Positions 10,597 through 21,321 are shown, counted from the stretch's first letter. The stretch is 64,000 nucleotides of DNA from an uncultured Phycisphaerales bacterium (GCA_963755915.1 CAVWLP010000003.1:1312001-1376000), one strand, 5' to 3'. A program made the numbers and translations. Notes: generated from the letters alone by a model not told the origin.

Positions 10597-11096
10597 CTAG
10601 GCGTGCATCTGGGCTGCCTTGCGGTTGATGACGGATTCGGCCAACTCCGTCAATTTCTTGTCGGCAGCGCCTTCTTCGTTGAGCGTCTCCTGGAGCAATC
10701 GGGCGGCGTCGTCGTTGCCGAGGAGCTTGGCGAATGTTCGCACCACGCCGTACCCCGCCATCTCGTAATGCTCAACCCGCTGGGCAGCAGCGATGAGCCC
10801 GGCGTCCATGATCTCGGGCTCGGCCTTCTCGCCCATCATCCCGGCGCTTCTTCGATGAGACCTTTCATCGCTTTACACGTTTTGCCGCCGGGGCTGGTGC
10901 CGAGCGCATCGAAAATCTGCTCCAATCGCTCGACGTGCCCCTTGGTCTCCTCGAGGTGTGACTCGAACGCGTTTTTCAGTTCCGGAGAGGTGGACGATTT
11001 GGCCAGCTTCGGCAACGCCTTCACCAACTGGTTTTCGGCGTTGTAAAGGTCCTTGAGCTGGTCGACGAAAAGATCTTGTAGCGTTTCCATTTGCAT
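10597..11096 (-). CDS. Ferritin-like YciE/YciF (DUF892) protein, frameshift near 10840
   Basis: QLKDLYNAENQLVKALP, HLEETKGHVERLE, CKAMKGLIEE, AAQRVEHYEMAGYG. Confidence 0.9.
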
Positions 11097-11158
11097 GGGT
11101 ACTCCTTGTTGAACTCGTTTGCTGCGCCGGCTTCGCTGCCGACGGCCGCGGGGGGAAA

Positions 11159-11175
11159 TTGCAACATGCGTGCCG
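11159..11175 (-). promoter_or_regulatory. Sigma-54 -24/-12 promoter for the YciF-like gene
   Basis: Minus strand reads CGGCACGCATGTTGCAA (GG-N10-GC), about 60 bp upstream of the start codon. Confidence 0.6.
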
Positions 11176-11468
11176 GGCTGATTGATCCGGGAAACCGGCG
11201 CGTTAAGCCGGATATGGCTGGCGCGCGGCGCATTTGTGTCGCTGTGTGTCGGCATCGCGGCGCGAAGCTATAATGAGGGCAGATGAAGTCGGTTCGAATC
11301 AAGCGCGGCCTGCGGCGGATATTGCGGGTCATTCTCGTGGCCGGCGGGCTCTGGGGTGGATGGCTGGCGGCAAGCGCGCTCAACGATCATCGCAGTGATC
11401 TGCCGCGGCGCGTCGCGCCATCGACGCTGCCGGCTAATCCGATGACGAAGCAATAGCGGGTTTATTCC

Positions 11469-12623
11469 TTACTGGGCGGCGTTGGCTTGGTGGGCCTTGG
11501 CCATCGCGTCGAAGCGCGGATCGAAGCTGTCGTCGATCCATCGCACAAGCTGAAAATCCTTGCGATATTCAATCGGGACGAAGTGCAAGTGCGAGTTGCC
11601 CGCGTCATCGGTGTCGTCCGCCTGCGCGGCGGTGGGCTGCGTGGCGGCCGCAGCTGATGCGTAGGCGAGAATCGTGTCGCGAACTTTGGCGGCCACTTCG
11701 GGCTTGAGATTGAAGAACCAGCCGATCGTGGTGCGCGGGATTACGTCCGACTGATAGATGATCTTGATCTGAGACTTCTGGATGCGGCCATCGTCTTCGA
11801 GGCTCTGCAGCTTGTCGTTGGAGACGGCGGCGGCTTCGTAGTCGCCCTTAGCGACGCCTTCGATCGACTTGGTCTGGCTCAGCGACCAGGCGATGAAGTA
11901 ATCGACGTTGGGGCGCATTTGTTCGTTTTCCATCAGCAGGGCGACCGCGGCACGGTAGCCAGTGATGGAGGCGGGGACAGTACATTCCAGCGTGTGGCCT
12001 TTGAGGTCGGCGGCGCTGTTCAGGGGGCTGTTTGCGGGGGCGATGATGTCGACGTGATTTCCGTTGACGCCGCTCTGGTCGGCGAGGACGGCGGCGGGCT
12101 GATAGCCGTAGTTGTTGACGAGGAACGGGGTGTCGGCGGCGTGGAGGGCGAGGATGGTGATGCCGCCTTTATTGATTTTGGCGAGCTGGTCGGCGCTGTT
12201 GTCGAACTTCATGTCGACGACCTGTTTTCCCGTGGCCTTGGCCAGACCTTTTTCGAATTGGGACCAGCCTGCCGCGGGGGCTTCGTCATCGCCGGCGATG
12301 TGGGCGACTACGATGGGGTTGGGATCGACGAGCTGGTCGGAGCCGGAGGGGGGATCGGCGAGGAGGCGGTTCTGGGAATCGGTGAACTGGCCGGCAAGGA
12401 CCTTGGGGGTTGGAGTCACAAGGCCGACGCTTTTTACCGTGTTGTCTTCGGTAAGCTGCTCATCGTTGCGGGCCTGCATGGTTCGCATGGCGGCGTTGCC
12501 TGCCCAGAGGATCGCGGCGATGAGGGCGAGGAAGAGCAGGACGCGCGCGAAGGTGCCGATGCGGGAATTGCTCGGGAGCGTGGGGTTTGGATTTGAAGCC
12601 GGATCGGGAGGCTGCTGGCTCAT
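11469..12623 (-). CDS. PhnD-like phosphate/phosphonate-type substrate-binding protein
   Basis: N-terminal TM segment, DLKGHTL..SITGY, YEAAAVSND, IIYQSDVIP; no ABC partner genes adjacent. Confidence 0.7.
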   Translation of the reverse strand: MSQQPPDPASNPNPTLPSNSRIGTFARVLLFLALIAAILWAGNAAMRTMQARNDEQLTEDNTVKSVGLVTPTPKVLAGQFTDSQNRLLADPPSGSDQLVDPNPIVVAHIAGDDEAPAAGWSQFEKGLAKATGKQVVDMKFDNSADQLAKINKGGITILALHAADTPFLVNNYGYQPAAVLADQSGVNGNHVDIIAPANSPLNSAADLKGHTLECTVPASITGYRAAVALLMENEQMRPNVDYFIAWSLSQTKSIEGVAKGDYEAAAVSNDKLQSLEDDGRIQKSQIKIIYQSDVIPRTTIGWFFNLKPEVAAKVRDTILAYASAAAATQPTAAQADDTDDAGNSHLHFVPIEYRKDFQLVRWIDDSFDPRFDAMAKAHQANAAQ

Positions 12624-12841
12624 GAGAGGTTTCCTTCCGCTTTCTTTAGCGCGACGAATACCCTTGCGGCCGGGAGATCGGCGGCGCGCTTCCCCGCCAA
12701 ACTGATCGCTTTACGGGCGGGGTTAAGCTTCGCGGAAAATTGTTAATTTTGCGTTTTGATTTGGTGAAGAATTTTGGGCGGAGATTGTTTTCGGGTAGGC
12801 GGAGATTTTTTTGGGCGGGGATAGTATCGGGTACAAAAGGT

Positions 12842-14331
12842 TAATCCCGTTCGGCACGCAGGCTTCATCGGAGCATTCCAAAGCTGTGGAGGACGCGAAA
12901 CAATTGAAGCTTAGATACTTTTACTTTCCCCTGCTGCACGCCGGCGTCCGCAAGAGCGCAGCATCAACCGCGAGGTCTCCGCGGCGACGGATTCCCCTTC
13001 AGTTTACTCCCAGTTTTTTCAAGGCCTCCGCTCTTGCCCTCAGCTTAATCCCGGTGTTATCCGGCTTGTTCAGGAATCGAAGCACGTCCTGTTCCTCGGC
13101 CAGCCCCAGCAGATACCAGCCGATCATGTTCCGCATCGCCTTGTTCGGCTTCCTGCCGCTGATCAGCTGAATCAGCACGCAGACGATCAGCGCGCAGTGG
13201 ATTTGGATGTCGATCCCCTCCTGGCGTTGGCTCAGCAGGTGACGCATGCCCAGCAGTTGCTTGAAGATCCGGAAGAACAACTCAACGGTGTAGCGGTACA
13301 GATAAATCAGGGCGATCAATTCCGCCGGCAGGTCCAGCAGGTTCGTGTACAGGATGATCAGGTCCGTCGGCTTGTTGCCGCTGCGCGTGCGGCGCGGATG
13401 GGGTTTCACCTGCACTTCCACCCGTCGCACCACCCTATCCGCCGCCGTCTCCAGGCCGTCGAGTTTCACCAGCGCGTCTCGCACCACGCCGCCGTCCAAT
13501 GCTTCCTGTGAAAGCAATCGTTCTTCAAACAGCTCAAACACCGAGTTTTCCGCGGCCCGCATCACAAAGGAGCTTTGCGCCGCGGCGATGTCCGCAAAGA
13601 GGCTCCGGTCGGCGTAGCCGCCGTCTCCTACATAGCACCGTCCTGCTTCCAGGCTGCGCCGCAGGACGTTGTTTTCACGGTTGGCCCCCGCGTTGCGAGC
13701 GCCAGTGCGGTCGAGGCGATGGACTTTGAACGTCTCCAGATCGAATTGAACGTGCAAACGCCAGCCATAGACCGCTTTCCCGTCCCGGGAGGTGTTGTAG
13801 CGCGCATCGATGCCGCAAGCGGATTTGGCCAGCCGACTCAGCGCCGTCAGCACCGTCCCGTCGACCAGCGTGATCGCCTGCCCAAAGTCCGCAAGACGCG
13901 GATCGGGCGCCTGGGGCAGTTCCCCCGCCAATTCCTCAATCAGCGGCGTCAAACGCCCCGGCTCGAACACCCGAACCGATTCAGAGAAACTGCCCACGGA
14001 AAAACGCTTAATTCCCAGCGCCTTGGCCACCTTGGGCAGTTCAGCAACCTCCTGAAGATCCCGCAGGGATTGGATCAGCGGATTCCAGGTGTAAAGCAAA
14101 ACCAGCTTGCAATAATCGTCGAAGTGAAGCTGGCGGTTCCCGGCTCGATCCCGCTCACAGCCCACATCCCGCAGCGTGGGCAGCAGCGCGAAGACGCGCC
14201 GCAGATGTCCGAGGCACAGGATCTCTTTTTCCTTCAGTCTTGCCTGCACGTCCGGCAGCATGCCATAAAAAGATCAAAGGCGCAATCTCAATATCTTGCT
14301 GCTTGCGCGAACCCCGTGCCGAACGGGATTA
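12842..14331 (-). mobile_element. IS4-family insertion sequence, 1490 bp
   Basis: Perfect 17-bp TIR TAATCCCGTTCGGCACG (12842-12858 and 14315-14331); 9-bp target duplication ACAAAAGGT (12833-12841 and 14332-14340). Confidence 0.95.
12999..14261 (-). CDS. IS4-family DDE transposase
   Basis: LVDGT, VGDGGY and the Y-x2-R-x3-E-x6-K (YLYRYTVELFFRIFK) signature. Confidence 0.93.
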   Translation of the reverse strand: MLPDVQARLKEKEILCLGHLRRVFALLPTLRDVGCERDRAGNRQLHFDDYCKLVLLYTWNPLIQSLRDLQEVAELPKVAKALGIKRFSVGSFSESVRVFEPGRLTPLIEELAGELPQAPDPRLADFGQAITLVDGTVLTALSRLAKSACGIDARYNTSRDGKAVYGWRLHVQFDLETFKVHRLDRTGARNAGANRENNVLRRSLEAGRCYVGDGGYADRSLFADIAAAQSSFVMRAAENSVFELFEERLLSQEALDGGVVRDALVKLDGLETAADRVVRRVEVQVKPHPRRTRSGNKPTDLIILYTNLLDLPAELIALIYLYRYTVELFFRIFKQLLGMRHLLSQRQEGIDIQIHCALIVCVLIQLISGRKPNKAMRNMIGWYLLGLAEEQDVLRFLNKPDNTGIKLRARAEALKKLGVN

Positions 14332-14606
14332 ACAAAAGGTAACAGTCGGCAGGCTTTGCCTTTGATCCCCGCCAATTTGTCACGCTGCCCGTAAACCTCT
14401 AATCCTGCCCATAAATGCCAGAATGGCAGCGGTGGCAATCGGAAGCCAAGGCCCTAATATATCCGCCCGTGCGGCCACGGCCGAAAATCATCCTAGTCCT
14501 GTGTCTCATCGCCTTTCTCGCGGCCTGCTCCTACGGGCTATAGCTCGCGATCAGGTCGGGAAAATAGCAGTCACAGCAACTCGCCCTTCCTGCTACAGTC
14601 TCCCCC

Positions 14607-14789
14607 ATGCCCGGCAAGCCCCAGCGCAGGAAGTCCAGAGACTACAAGTCGATTGACGAGCTTATCAAACACATCCAAGAGGTCCAGATTAAATCGACCG
14701 AGATCATTAGCAAGATGCGCGCGTTGCAAAAGCGTTTGAATGCCGTTTCGGAGAAGCGGGAGACGAGAGAAAACAACCGTCGAAAATGA
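14607..14789 (+). CDS. Small basic, coiled-coil-like hypothetical protein
   Basis: 60-aa ORF preceded by a TACAGT -10-like hexamer; no recognisable family. Confidence 0.4.
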   Translation: MPGKPQRRKSRDYKSIDELIKHIQEVQIKSTEIISKMRALQKRLNAVSEKRETRENNRRK

Positions 14790-14857
14790 ATATCTGCCCG
14801 AAATACCGAAATGACCGCCCTCAGCAAAATTGAGCTATTCAAGCAATCTGGGTAGGC

Positions 14858-15130
14858 TTGGGATTCATGCCGCCGAATGGCCCAAGGAGATTCGGGGTCA
14901 TCGTTTCCGACATCGACGAAGCGCAGCGGTTTTTAGATCGCTTTTCCCGGAAACTCGGCACGCTGGACGGATCGCCCTGCCGTTGTTCCGAGACTTCCAC
15001 CTACCCGGACTCTGCTGGCATCCTCGTGACCGTTCTTCTTACCCCTTGGAACCTTCCGATAGACCCAGACGACGCAGTGTCCTTTGATAAGCTGATCCGC
15101 GAAACCGGGGCGACGGAGATAACGGCCTAG
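14858..15130 (+). CDS. Hypothetical protein
   Basis: 90-aa ORF with protein-like composition only. Confidence 0.35.
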   Translation: MGFMPPNGPRRFGVIVSDIDEAQRFLDRFSRKLGTLDGSPCRCSETSTYPDSAGILVTVLLTPWNLPIDPDDAVSFDKLIRETGATEITA

Positions 15131-15325
15131 CCGAAAATTCCGCACGTAAACACCAAAATAGCAGGCGCGGCTGAATTTACGTATGATTCCATCCCATGCC
15201 CATCGAAAGGATGCGACCCGATCCTTCGCTGTTTACAAGATATTGATTGTTAGGGAGCAAACACGACGATGGCAAGATACGAAGAAAAAATGTTTAATGG
15301 CAATAAAACACCACCCGACAATCCG

Positions 15326-15347
15326 AGCCGCCGAAAGGCGGCTTTTT
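15326..15347 (+). terminator. Rho-independent terminator-like hairpin
   Basis: AGCCGCC-GAAA-GGCGGCT followed by a T run. Confidence 0.55.
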
Positions 15348-15629
15348 CGTGCGCTGACGATAGAATATGGGGATGCCACGACAGAAACAGGATGAACGGC
15401 TTGTGGTACGAATGGTTTCGCGGTTTCTAACAGAATGTCCAAACCAAACGTGCTCAATTCTCGAAATTTACAAATCACTGCGCGATTCGAGCATCAGGAG
15501 TCATCGCGGGGTTGCAGATTCGCCAACTGCCAATGAAATCCGCCTTCTTACAAGAGCGCGCCCGACGCTTCGAAATCCTGTCGGGAGGAAGAGTTCGTTT
15601 GAAATATTCAAAATAGGGCACTTACGGGA

Positions 15630-15824
15630 ATGGCTGAATTCATCAACTCCGTTGACCTCTCCGGCTACACCCGGCGCGGCGATCCGCGGCCGGTGAAGCT
15701 GACGCGGGGTGGAAACGGCCGGGTTTTAATCACGATGCAAACCGGGAAGGAAAAGCGCGAGGTTGACGTTGTGGTGCGGGTTCAGGAACTAGCCGATGCG
15801 GCGAAAAAACTGGGGGCGAAATAA
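15630..15824 (+). CDS. Small hypothetical protein
   Basis: 64-aa ORF with plausible composition; no family recognised. Confidence 0.35.
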   Translation: MAEFINSVDLSGYTRRGDPRPVKLTRGGNGRVLITMQTGKEKREVDVVVRVQELADAAKKLGAK

Positions 15825-16006
15825 GATGCCTTTAAACCGGGAATTCTGCCCACAAACCCCCGGCTTTTCTGAGCAAGAAATTACAATAAAGGCAAAGCTC
15901 AGTCGGCAACAAGCTGGGTAGCTTGGGAGGTTTGGATAAGACCAAAAGACAGAATTTGTCATCTTATGGCTACACAAGAGGACAAAGCCTTTCGGCGGAT
16001 CCGCTG

Positions 16007-16563
16007 TTAACCCTGCCAGGCGTGCTGCCGGAACGGGTCTTCCAAGGGCGGATTGGCGATGGTTCCAGCGTAGTTTGTGATCGTGGAGGCCGCGACGATT
16101 GCGATTACCTCCAGGACCTGTTCCTTCGTAAAGCCGGCAGCGAGGAAAGAATCGAGTTCGCGCTGGCCAACGTGTCCGCGTTTCTCAATGAGCGTGGTTG
16201 CCAGGGTGGAAAGCGCGGCGAACCGGTGATCGACCGGCGCGCGGCGCTGGCGAATCGCGTCGGTTTCCTCGGCGCTGACTCCCTGCTTCAGCGCGAGCGT
16301 GGTATGAAACGCAACCGCATAGGCGCAGGAGTTCACCACGGCATCTGTCAGGAGAACGATTTGAATCTCCGGCTCGCTGAGGCTGCTGCTGTGGACCTGC
16401 TGAAACACGCCAACCAGCGCGTTGATGAGTTTCGGTGAATTCGCAATGATGGCAGCGATGTTGGGCACAACGCCAAACACTTTCTGTAGTTGCTGGAGTC
16501 CCACTTTCGAATTCTCGGCGCCGAGGCAATCGTAAGAACAGGATAGTTTGGTTTATCTGACAT
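16007..16563 (-). CDS. Carboxymuconolactone decarboxylase/AhpD-family protein, frameshift near 16510
   Basis: FGVVPNI, NSCAYAVAFHT, FLAAGFTKEQVLEV; MSDKPNYP start with an AAGGA RBS. Confidence 0.82.
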
Positions 16564-16750
16564 GGGGCTTTCCTTTCTGTGTGTTGAGGCTGGTTGTTTC
16601 CGGATGCGATGCGGCGAAGGCATCGCCGGGGATTCAACCGGATGGTGTATCATGTACCTGGCTGACAGGTCGAGGGGGAAATCGGCGGTCCCGAGGTGGA
16701 GGGCCACAGCATGGCCATGCTGTGGCTTTCGGTGTGGGATGCGCGGGGGG

Positions 16751-17908
16751 TTATTCCAGGAGTTGAAGGATGGTTTGGGCGTAGAGGCGGTGGGAGTAGT
16801 CGTTGGGGTGGTTGATGCCGTTGCCGGTGAGGTCGGGGAATTTTTTTCGTTCGAGAATTTGTTGCCATAGGGTGGTGACGTCGGCGACTTCGATGCCGGG
16901 ACGGCGGAGCGTTAGAAGCTGGTCACGATATGAAAAGAGCAGGGAGGGGTGGAGGAATTTGTCGCCCGGGTTGGGGAGCATGGAAGCGACGAGGATGAAT
17001 TCGGTGTTGGGGCAGGCCTCGTGGGTTTCGGTGAGGATCAACAGAATATTGGACCGGAAGTCGTCGGGTGGGACGGCGACGGCGTCGTTCATGCCGAAGG
17101 CGATGATCACGAGATCGGGCTGCTGGGCGATGACGTCGGGAGTTTTCGTCACTGCCCAGGCGGAATTTTTGCCGCCCACGGAGAGGTTGATGACGGTGAT
17201 CGAGCCGGGGGGCAGATGGTAGTGGGATTGCAATTCGTCCGCGACGAGGTTGGGGAATGGGGGCTGGTATGGAGGGACGTGCTCGAAGGCGGAGGCGTTT
17301 GAGCCGGCGGAGATGCTGTCGCCGAGGATGACGATTTTCAGGGGGGAGCGGGATTGGAGTTTTTCGAGGGTGAGGGGAAGGTTGGGGGAGGGAGAGTCGG
17401 AGGGTCCAATAGTCCAGGTTTCGGCGTGGGAATAGGATGCGGTGACCTGAAGCTGCTGGAAGAAGCTGCCTTCGGCGTAAAGCAAAGCGGATTGGCCATC
17501 GCCGGAGGGCATCGAATGGGGGAAACCTGGGGCGGGGTGGAGTTGCTGATCGGTGAGGAAGGGGATGCGGGAATTCGGGGGAAGAGTGAGGGTGCGGGAG
17601 CCGGGAGTCCAGAGGAAATCGGGTCCCTGAAGGTAATGTGAAGCGCCGTCGGAGGAGGTGAGAGCGGGTGCCGTGGTGGGGGTGAACCAGAGGGTGGCGG
17701 TGGGAGGGTCTTCATCCGTGTTTTTTTCAAAGAGGAGGGGTTCGCCGTCCATCTGGTGAGTGGTCCACATGGGGTGGAATGGCGGGGCGGGGGCGAATTG
17801 AGCGGCGTATTGGGGGGTGGGAGAGGATGTTTTAGTGTAATTGTCGCAATTACAACCATAAATGGCCATGGAAACTGAAGCCAAGATGAAAATTAAGGGG
17901 CGGTGCAT
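16751..17908 (-). CDS. SGNH/GDSL hydrolase, exported
   Basis: LGDSIS, SVGG, AFGMND and NGINHPND blocks; N-terminal signal. Confidence 0.88.
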   Translation of the reverse strand: MHRPLIFILASVSMAIYGCNCDNYTKTSSPTPQYAAQFAPAPPFHPMWTTHQMDGEPLLFEKNTDEDPPTATLWFTPTTAPALTSSDGASHYLQGPDFLWTPGSRTLTLPPNSRIPFLTDQQLHPAPGFPHSMPSGDGQSALLYAEGSFFQQLQVTASYSHAETWTIGPSDSPSPNLPLTLEKLQSRSPLKIVILGDSISAGSNASAFEHVPPYQPPFPNLVADELQSHYHLPPGSITVINLSVGGKNSAWAVTKTPDVIAQQPDLVIIAFGMNDAVAVPPDDFRSNILLILTETHEACPNTEFILVASMLPNPGDKFLHPSLLFSYRDQLLTLRRPGIEVADVTTLWQQILERKKFPDLTGNGINHPNDYSHRLYAQTILQLLE

Positions 17909-18031
17909 TTTTTGGTTTTAGCGGGGTAAGACTTAAGGGGATGTGAAGATGGACGGGAATTTTTGGGGGTGGTGCAGGCGCGGTGGTCGGTTTATGATTT
18001 TTTCTGATTTGCAGCGAAAGTGAGGCGTGAC

Positions 18032-18662
18032 ATGAATGGTAATGCGATTGACGTGGGAGAGGCCTATCTGCGGGCGCTAAGAAGCTGTCCGAAAACCTAA
18101 TGAACCTGCGACGACGCAATTTTCGGCTGGCATCAAGGAGCGACGACGAGTCGTATACGCAGGTTATACGGCGAGGAGGAGCGACGCCGAGGCCGGCCGA
18201 AAAGTGCGTCGCCCTCCGGGTGGGTCGGAAATGGCCCATCTGCGGCGTTGTCGCGACTCAACAACCCGTTTTGTCAGGGTTGCTTCGTCGCTCCGCCTTG
18301 CATCTGGGCCATTTCCGGCCCATCGCAGGCTCATTAGGTTTCCGGACAGCTTCTAAGTGAAAAGAACCTGAAGCAGATCGAAAGTTATGTGCATCCCGAA
18401 ATCAAGTTTAAGTCGCCGATTGTCGAGTGCACGGGAGCGGCGAGATTTTTGGAGGCGGTGGAAAAACTGACTTCGCGTATGAGATCGCTGCGGGTGAGGG
18501 CGAAGTTCTCCTCCGAGAACCAGGCGATGTTTGCTTATGACATCGTTTTTGGTCCGCCGATCGGGGTGACGAGGGCGGCGAATCTGATGACCGGAGGAGG
18601 AGAAGATCAGGGAGATGGAACTGGTGTTTGATGCGCGGCCGTTTGCGGCGATGGGGATGTGA
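18032..18662 (+). pseudogene. SnoaL/NTF2-like gene interrupted by a MITE
   Basis: Removing 18081-18356 restores MNGNAIDVGEAYLRALSEKNLKQIESYVHPEIKFKSP..; the ELVFDARPF C-terminus follows a further frameshift near 18592. Confidence 0.75.
18081..18353. mobile_element. MITE, 273 bp, non-autonomous
   Basis: 31-bp terminal inverted repeats matching at 29/31 (GAAGCTGTCCGRAAACCTAATGARCCTGCGA); TAA duplication at 18078-18080 and 18354-18356; internal hairpins. Confidence 0.88.
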
Positions 18663-19168
18663 GGGGAATGGGGATTGCCGAATGCCGATTGCCAAATAAC
18701 GATTGAGGAAGGGCGCGGGGAAGCACTGTGGGTGCGAGGACTCAGACCTTTGACAGGTGATGTAGTTTCGGGGAGGCCCCAGCACGGCTACTCCGTGGCA
18801 ACGGAGAAGGGGGGAAACGGTGCACAAATGGCCGATATGCGGAGAATTTTGGCCGCATGGAATTGCCAATCTCCATTTTTTATCTATAACTTATTTTCAG
18901 CAAAATACTTGCGATATGGCAATATTTCAACTTTTTATTGATTTAAGCGGATGGAGTTGGTAGAGTTGTGTGTTGTGGGTCTAGGCAATGGAGTTTGGCC
19001 GGGACTTGAGTCTGTTTTCACAGCTTTCGGGCCGCGTCAGTAATCCGTAGTTTTTTGTTGATCGCGAGCGACCTCGAAGGGAGCGGAAGTTGGGTTTGGG
19101 CGTGGTTATAGGACGGTGAGAGAATCAGCTCGGTGAGATTTCGAGCAAAAGTGGAAGGGAGCAGAATT

Positions 19169-19825
19169 ATGTTGGGCAACAAATGCAGACTTCTGGGGTT
19201 CGGGCTTATTAGCGCAGCAGCGGTCTTCGTTTTCACTGGCCTTTTCAACTCGTCCGCCAGCGCCGACACGGTGCTCGTACAGCTCGTTTCAACCAATGCT
19301 CAGATTGTCGGCAGTGGCGAGTTCATATATGACGCCTCGTTGACATCGAGCAGTTCAACGCAGACACAGGTTCAGACGGGCGACTTTTTCACAATTCTCG
19401 ATTTCGGTCCTGCGACCAGCATAAGCGCCCCAGCGGGATGGTCGGCTTCGCAGGCATTGGTCGGCCCCGTGGGTCTTTTTCAGGCTCCGCCGGATAGTCC
19501 GACGGTCCTCAATCTTACCTTTACCTACTCTGGCACAGCAATCACAGCAATGATGGGCCAATCCGTGGATTTGGGCGATTTCACAGCATATTCCACCGGC
19601 AAAGGCGTAATTACCGGATACTACAGTGCCCAGGATCATGAGTACGATTCCAGCAGTCCTGGCAGCTATGACACATCAGGCAACAGCTCGTCGGTCGGTG
19701 TGCCGATCGGGTTTGGTCCCCCGCCACCGCTACCGCTTCCCGCTTCGGTTTGGGGCGGCATCGTCCTGCTTGGTATGTTTGCCTCAGCAAAGATGCTCAG
19801 CCGCCAGACTGCTCCTCGGGTCTGA
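19169..19825 (+). CDS. Exported protein with a PEP-CTERM/VPLPA-like sorting tail
   Basis: Signal peptide, S/T-rich body, PLPLPASVWGGIVLLG plus basic residues at the C-terminus. Confidence 0.75.
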   Translation: MLGNKCRLLGFGLISAAAVFVFTGLFNSSASADTVLVQLVSTNAQIVGSGEFIYDASLTSSSSTQTQVQTGDFFTILDFGPATSISAPAGWSASQALVGPVGLFQAPPDSPTVLNLTFTYSGTAITAMMGQSVDLGDFTAYSTGKGVITGYYSAQDHEYDSSSPGSYDTSGNSSSVGVPIGFGPPPPLPLPASVWGGIVLLGMFASAKMLSRQTAPRV

Positions 19826-19850
19826 ATTCAGCCGAATCTGAAAAACTTTC

Positions 19851-19881
19851 AAAGCCAGCCTTCGGGCCGGCTTTTCTTTTT
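19851..19881 (+). terminator. Terminator hairpin between convergent genes
   Basis: AAAGCCAGCC-TTCG-GGCCGGCTTT followed by a T-rich run. Confidence 0.65.
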
Positions 19882-19917
19882 CCGGTCACGGTGGATCCTG
19901 TGTATCCCCGCCGGTCA

Positions 19918-21321
19918 CTAGACATGCTGCAACTTATTCATTCCATTTAGCGCTGCGACTTTGTAGGCTTCGGCCAGGGTGGGGTAGTTGAAGACGCTGT
20001 TGACGAAATAATCCAATGTTCCCTGAAGAGCCATGACGGCCTGGCCGATGTGGATCAGTTCTGTGGCACCGGTGCCGATGGCGTGGACGCCGAGGATTTG
20101 GCGGTTTTGCTGGTGGATTAATAGTTTCAGCATGCCGTCGGTGTCGCCCAGGAGTTGGCCGCGGGCGAGCTCGCGGTATTGGGCGATGCCGGCTTCGTAA
20201 GGGATGCCGGCGGTGGTGAGCTGGTCTTCGGTCCGGCCGACCATGGAGATTTCGGGGATGGCGTAGATGCCGTAGGGGAAGAGCTCGGGGATGGAGCAGG
20301 TAGTGACGCCGAAGGCGTGGCAGGCGGCGAGGCGGCCCTGTTCCATGGCGGTGCTTGCGAGGGCGGGGAAGCCGATGACGTCGCCGACGGCGTAGATCCA
20401 GGGGACCTCGGTTTGATAGGAGGCGTTGACCTTGAGCCGCTCGCGGTCGTCGGCCTTGAGGCCGGCCTTGTCGAGGTCGAGATTGGAAGTTGTGCCCTGG
20501 CGGCCGACGGAATAGAGGAGGGTTTCAGCGCGGAGCTGTTTTCCGCTTTCGAGGGTTGCCAGGACCGAGGCGCCGTTGTTGGCGGGGCCGGGAAGGCGCT
20601 CGATCTTGTGGACTTTTTCGCCGAGGCGAAGGGTCACGCCCATGCGGCGCATCTGGTATTGGAGGGCTTCGGTGATTTCGGCGTCGAGGAATCCGAGGCA
20701 TTCATGGCGGCCTTCGACGAGGGTGACCTTAACGCCGAGGGCGGCGAGCATGCAGGTGTATTCGATGCCGATGACCCCCCCACCGACGACGATCATGGTC
20801 CTGGGGATGTGATCGAGCTTGAGGAGCTCATCGGAAGTGACGATGGATTTGTTGTCGAAGGGGACGGAATCGGGCCGCGCGGGGCGGGTGCCGCTGGCGA
20901 TGACAACGCAGTCGGTGCTGACGACTTCGAAATCGTCCTGCCGCTGGATGCGGATGGTTTTTTCCTTCTCGAACCGGGCTTCGCCCCAGATGAGATCGAC
21001 GTTGTTGCGTTCGAGCTGGTTGCGGATGAGATCGAGCTCGGAGTGGACGACCTGCTGGGAGACGTAGATGAGGTCGGCGATGGTGATCATGCGTTTGACG
21101 CGATAGCTTTCGCCGAAGAGTGACCGGCGATTGAGGCCGGTGAGATGGAGAACGGCTTCGCGGAGTGCCTTGGAAGGGATGGTGCCGGTGTTGATGGATG
21201 CCCCGCCGAGGACGTTGCTTTTTTCGACGATGCAGACTTGTTTTCCGAGCTTGGCGGCCTGTATGGCGGCCTTTTGCCCCCCTGGACCGGAGCCGATGAC
21301 GACGCAGTCGAAATGCCTCAT
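19918..21321 (-). CDS. sthA: Soluble (Si-specific) NAD(P)+ transhydrogenase
   Basis: GSGPGG, GTIPSKALREA without the redox CxxxxC, FNYPTLAEAYKVAALNGMN. Confidence 0.92.
   Translation of the reverse strand: MRHFDCVVIGSGPGGQKAAIQAAKLGKQVCIVEKSNVLGGASINTGTIPSKALREAVLHLTGLNRRSLFGESYRVKRMITIADLIYVSQQVVHSELDLIRNQLERNNVDLIWGEARFEKEKTIRIQRQDDFEVVSTDCVVIASGTRPARPDSVPFDNKSIVTSDELLKLDHIPRTMIVVGGGVIGIEYTCMLAALGVKVTLVEGRHECLGFLDAEITEALQYQMRRMGVTLRLGEKVHKIERLPGPANNGASVLATLESGKQLRAETLLYSVGRQGTTSNLDLDKAGLKADDRERLKVNASYQTEVPWIYAVGDVIGFPALASTAMEQGRLAACHAFGVTTCSIPELFPYGIYAIPEISMVGRTEDQLTTAGIPYEAGIAQYRELARGQLLGDTDGMLKLLIHQQNRQILGVHAIGTGATELIHIGQAVMALQGTLDYFVNSVFNYPTLAEAYKVAALNGMNKLQHV

Noticed and set aside
18100-18360. 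86-aa ORF
   Set aside because: It lies within the MITE and has no coding signature.
18665-18705. ATTGCCG-like heptamer runs (also near 21505-21530) as a functional array
   Set aside because: They are short and degenerate, with no further support.
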